The notes below the pieces were generated by a model. The model was given only the letters and a program-made list of their open reading frames with translations. It made no database searches and was not told where the DNA came from. The position numbers and the translations under genes are program-made. Of a DNA stretch of 64,000 nt, positions 62,768 through 64,000 are shown one piece after another. This DNA comes from Chrysomallon squamiferum (taxonomy: Eukaryota; Animalia; Mollusca). Within the stretch, counting starts at the first letter, position 1, and every line of letters starts with the position of its first letter. The DNA is taken from NCBI GenBank assembly GCA_012295275.1, contig CM022666.1, forward strand, positions 1,674,001 to 1,738,000, written 5' to 3'.

Positions 62768-64000
62768 TAGAAAGGAAGATAGACAGAGAGGCATATTTAT
62801 TTATTTATTTATTTATATTTTTTATTATTCTCATTTTCTGCACCAATGTTCTACACAAATCAGTACAACACATGCTTCCTCATTTTAGGCAAACTTCAGA
62901 AAACCCGGTGTCCAAACTTTTCAAATCGTCTTTCAAGCGGGACAAGACTGACACAAGCTGGCAGTTCAGCAAAGAATGCTTAAAGAAACCTTTGCTAAGA
63001 AGAACGATAACCAGGGACGATTTGAAGAGAGTTGCCTGCCGCTGTTTCACTGATATCCTTTCTGAAAATTTCGAACTAAATTTATCTTGCGTTCACGAGC
63101 ATTCTGTGTTGTTTTGTTGTTGTTTTTTGTTACCGTTTAGTTCAGATTGTCTTAATACATTTTTGTATTTTCCAAATTAGTATTGTTTTGAAGTCTCAGC
63201 ATAAAGTACTACGGTAAAAAAAAAAAAAAAAATAATAATAATAATAATAAGACTTAATAGATATCGATAGCTGTATTTTTTAATTTGTTTGTTTGTCTGT
63301 CTTTTGTTTGTCTTTTTTATTTGTTAGTTTATTTAAATGTTTGTTTTTCGTTTTTATTTGTTTGTTTGTTTGCTTATTTCTTTGTTTATTTATTTATTTC
63401 TTTATTTTGAACAGGAAAGTAACTAATAATGGTATATTTCACTCTCTTTTTTTTAGTTTTTATGAACGAAATGCTTGTTCATGTTTTTATCCAGTAGAAC
63501 AGTAGTCATTTCAGTGCTTTTTTTTATTTTCCTTTACTTTCTAACCCATTCAGCAGTATATGGGCGATGTTCCTTTAAAAGAAAACATCACAGAAAGTCA
63601 GCTGGTTGCAGATTTCATTGTTGACCCAACGAGAAGAAATGTACGTAAAACTTACGACTCCATTTGGGTGGGGTTTTGTTTTTTTGTTTTTTTGTTTTTT
63701 GTCTGGATTTATAATTATTGTTACTTTTGTGGTTATTCCTTTTCCTATTGTTGTTCTTCCGATGGTAGTTTTTTTTTATTGTTATTGTTATCGTTGTTGT
63801 TGTTGTTGTTATCATCATCATGATTGATACTGTAATTATTATTACCATCATTATTATTCTTACTATCATAATTATTATTATTGGTATTTTTATTATTGCC
63901 ATCATCATCATCTTTATCATTATTGTTTTTTGTTATCATTGTATCATGCATTTGTAACCAGTTTGTAACACTCTTTACAAAATGGTTAAACTGTGTAACT
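61169..64000 (+). pseudogene. Partial, internally deleted duplicate of the myosin-VII-like tail gene; runs off the window end
   Basis: Near-identical to ~27500-28549 joined to 33146-~34720. Exon copies at 61288-61515, 62132-62412 (truncated; reads into a TGA), 62889-63052 and 63546-63640. AT-AC intron copy at 63053-63545. Confidence 0.8.

Overview
AT-rich, microsatellite-dense animal genomic DNA, probably a mollusc or other lophotrochozoan (inference). Almost all entries in the supplied ORF track are simple-repeat artefacts. I reconstructed two intron-rich genes by hand. (1) On the + strand (9655-42620) is a 28-exon, ~1266-aa myosin-VII-type tail protein (MyTH4-FERM-SH3-MyTH4-FERM). It appears to have no motor or IQ exons and contains a U12-type AT-AC intron (33709-34223). 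(2) On the - strand (58345 down to the 200-N gap at 45657) is a jitterbug/FLN-2-type filamin with three CH domains and only ~8 Ig repeats. From ~61169 to the window end is a broken second copy of part of gene 1. It has a ~4.6-kb deletion, yet all 10 exonic differences from the intact copy are synonymous. Also present: a ~1.5-kb tandem triplication (3377-6986), decayed copies of a filamin exon inside a filamin intron, a TATA-led small-ORF unit nested in a myosin-tail intron, MITE-like fragments, and several minisatellites that start at splice junctions.
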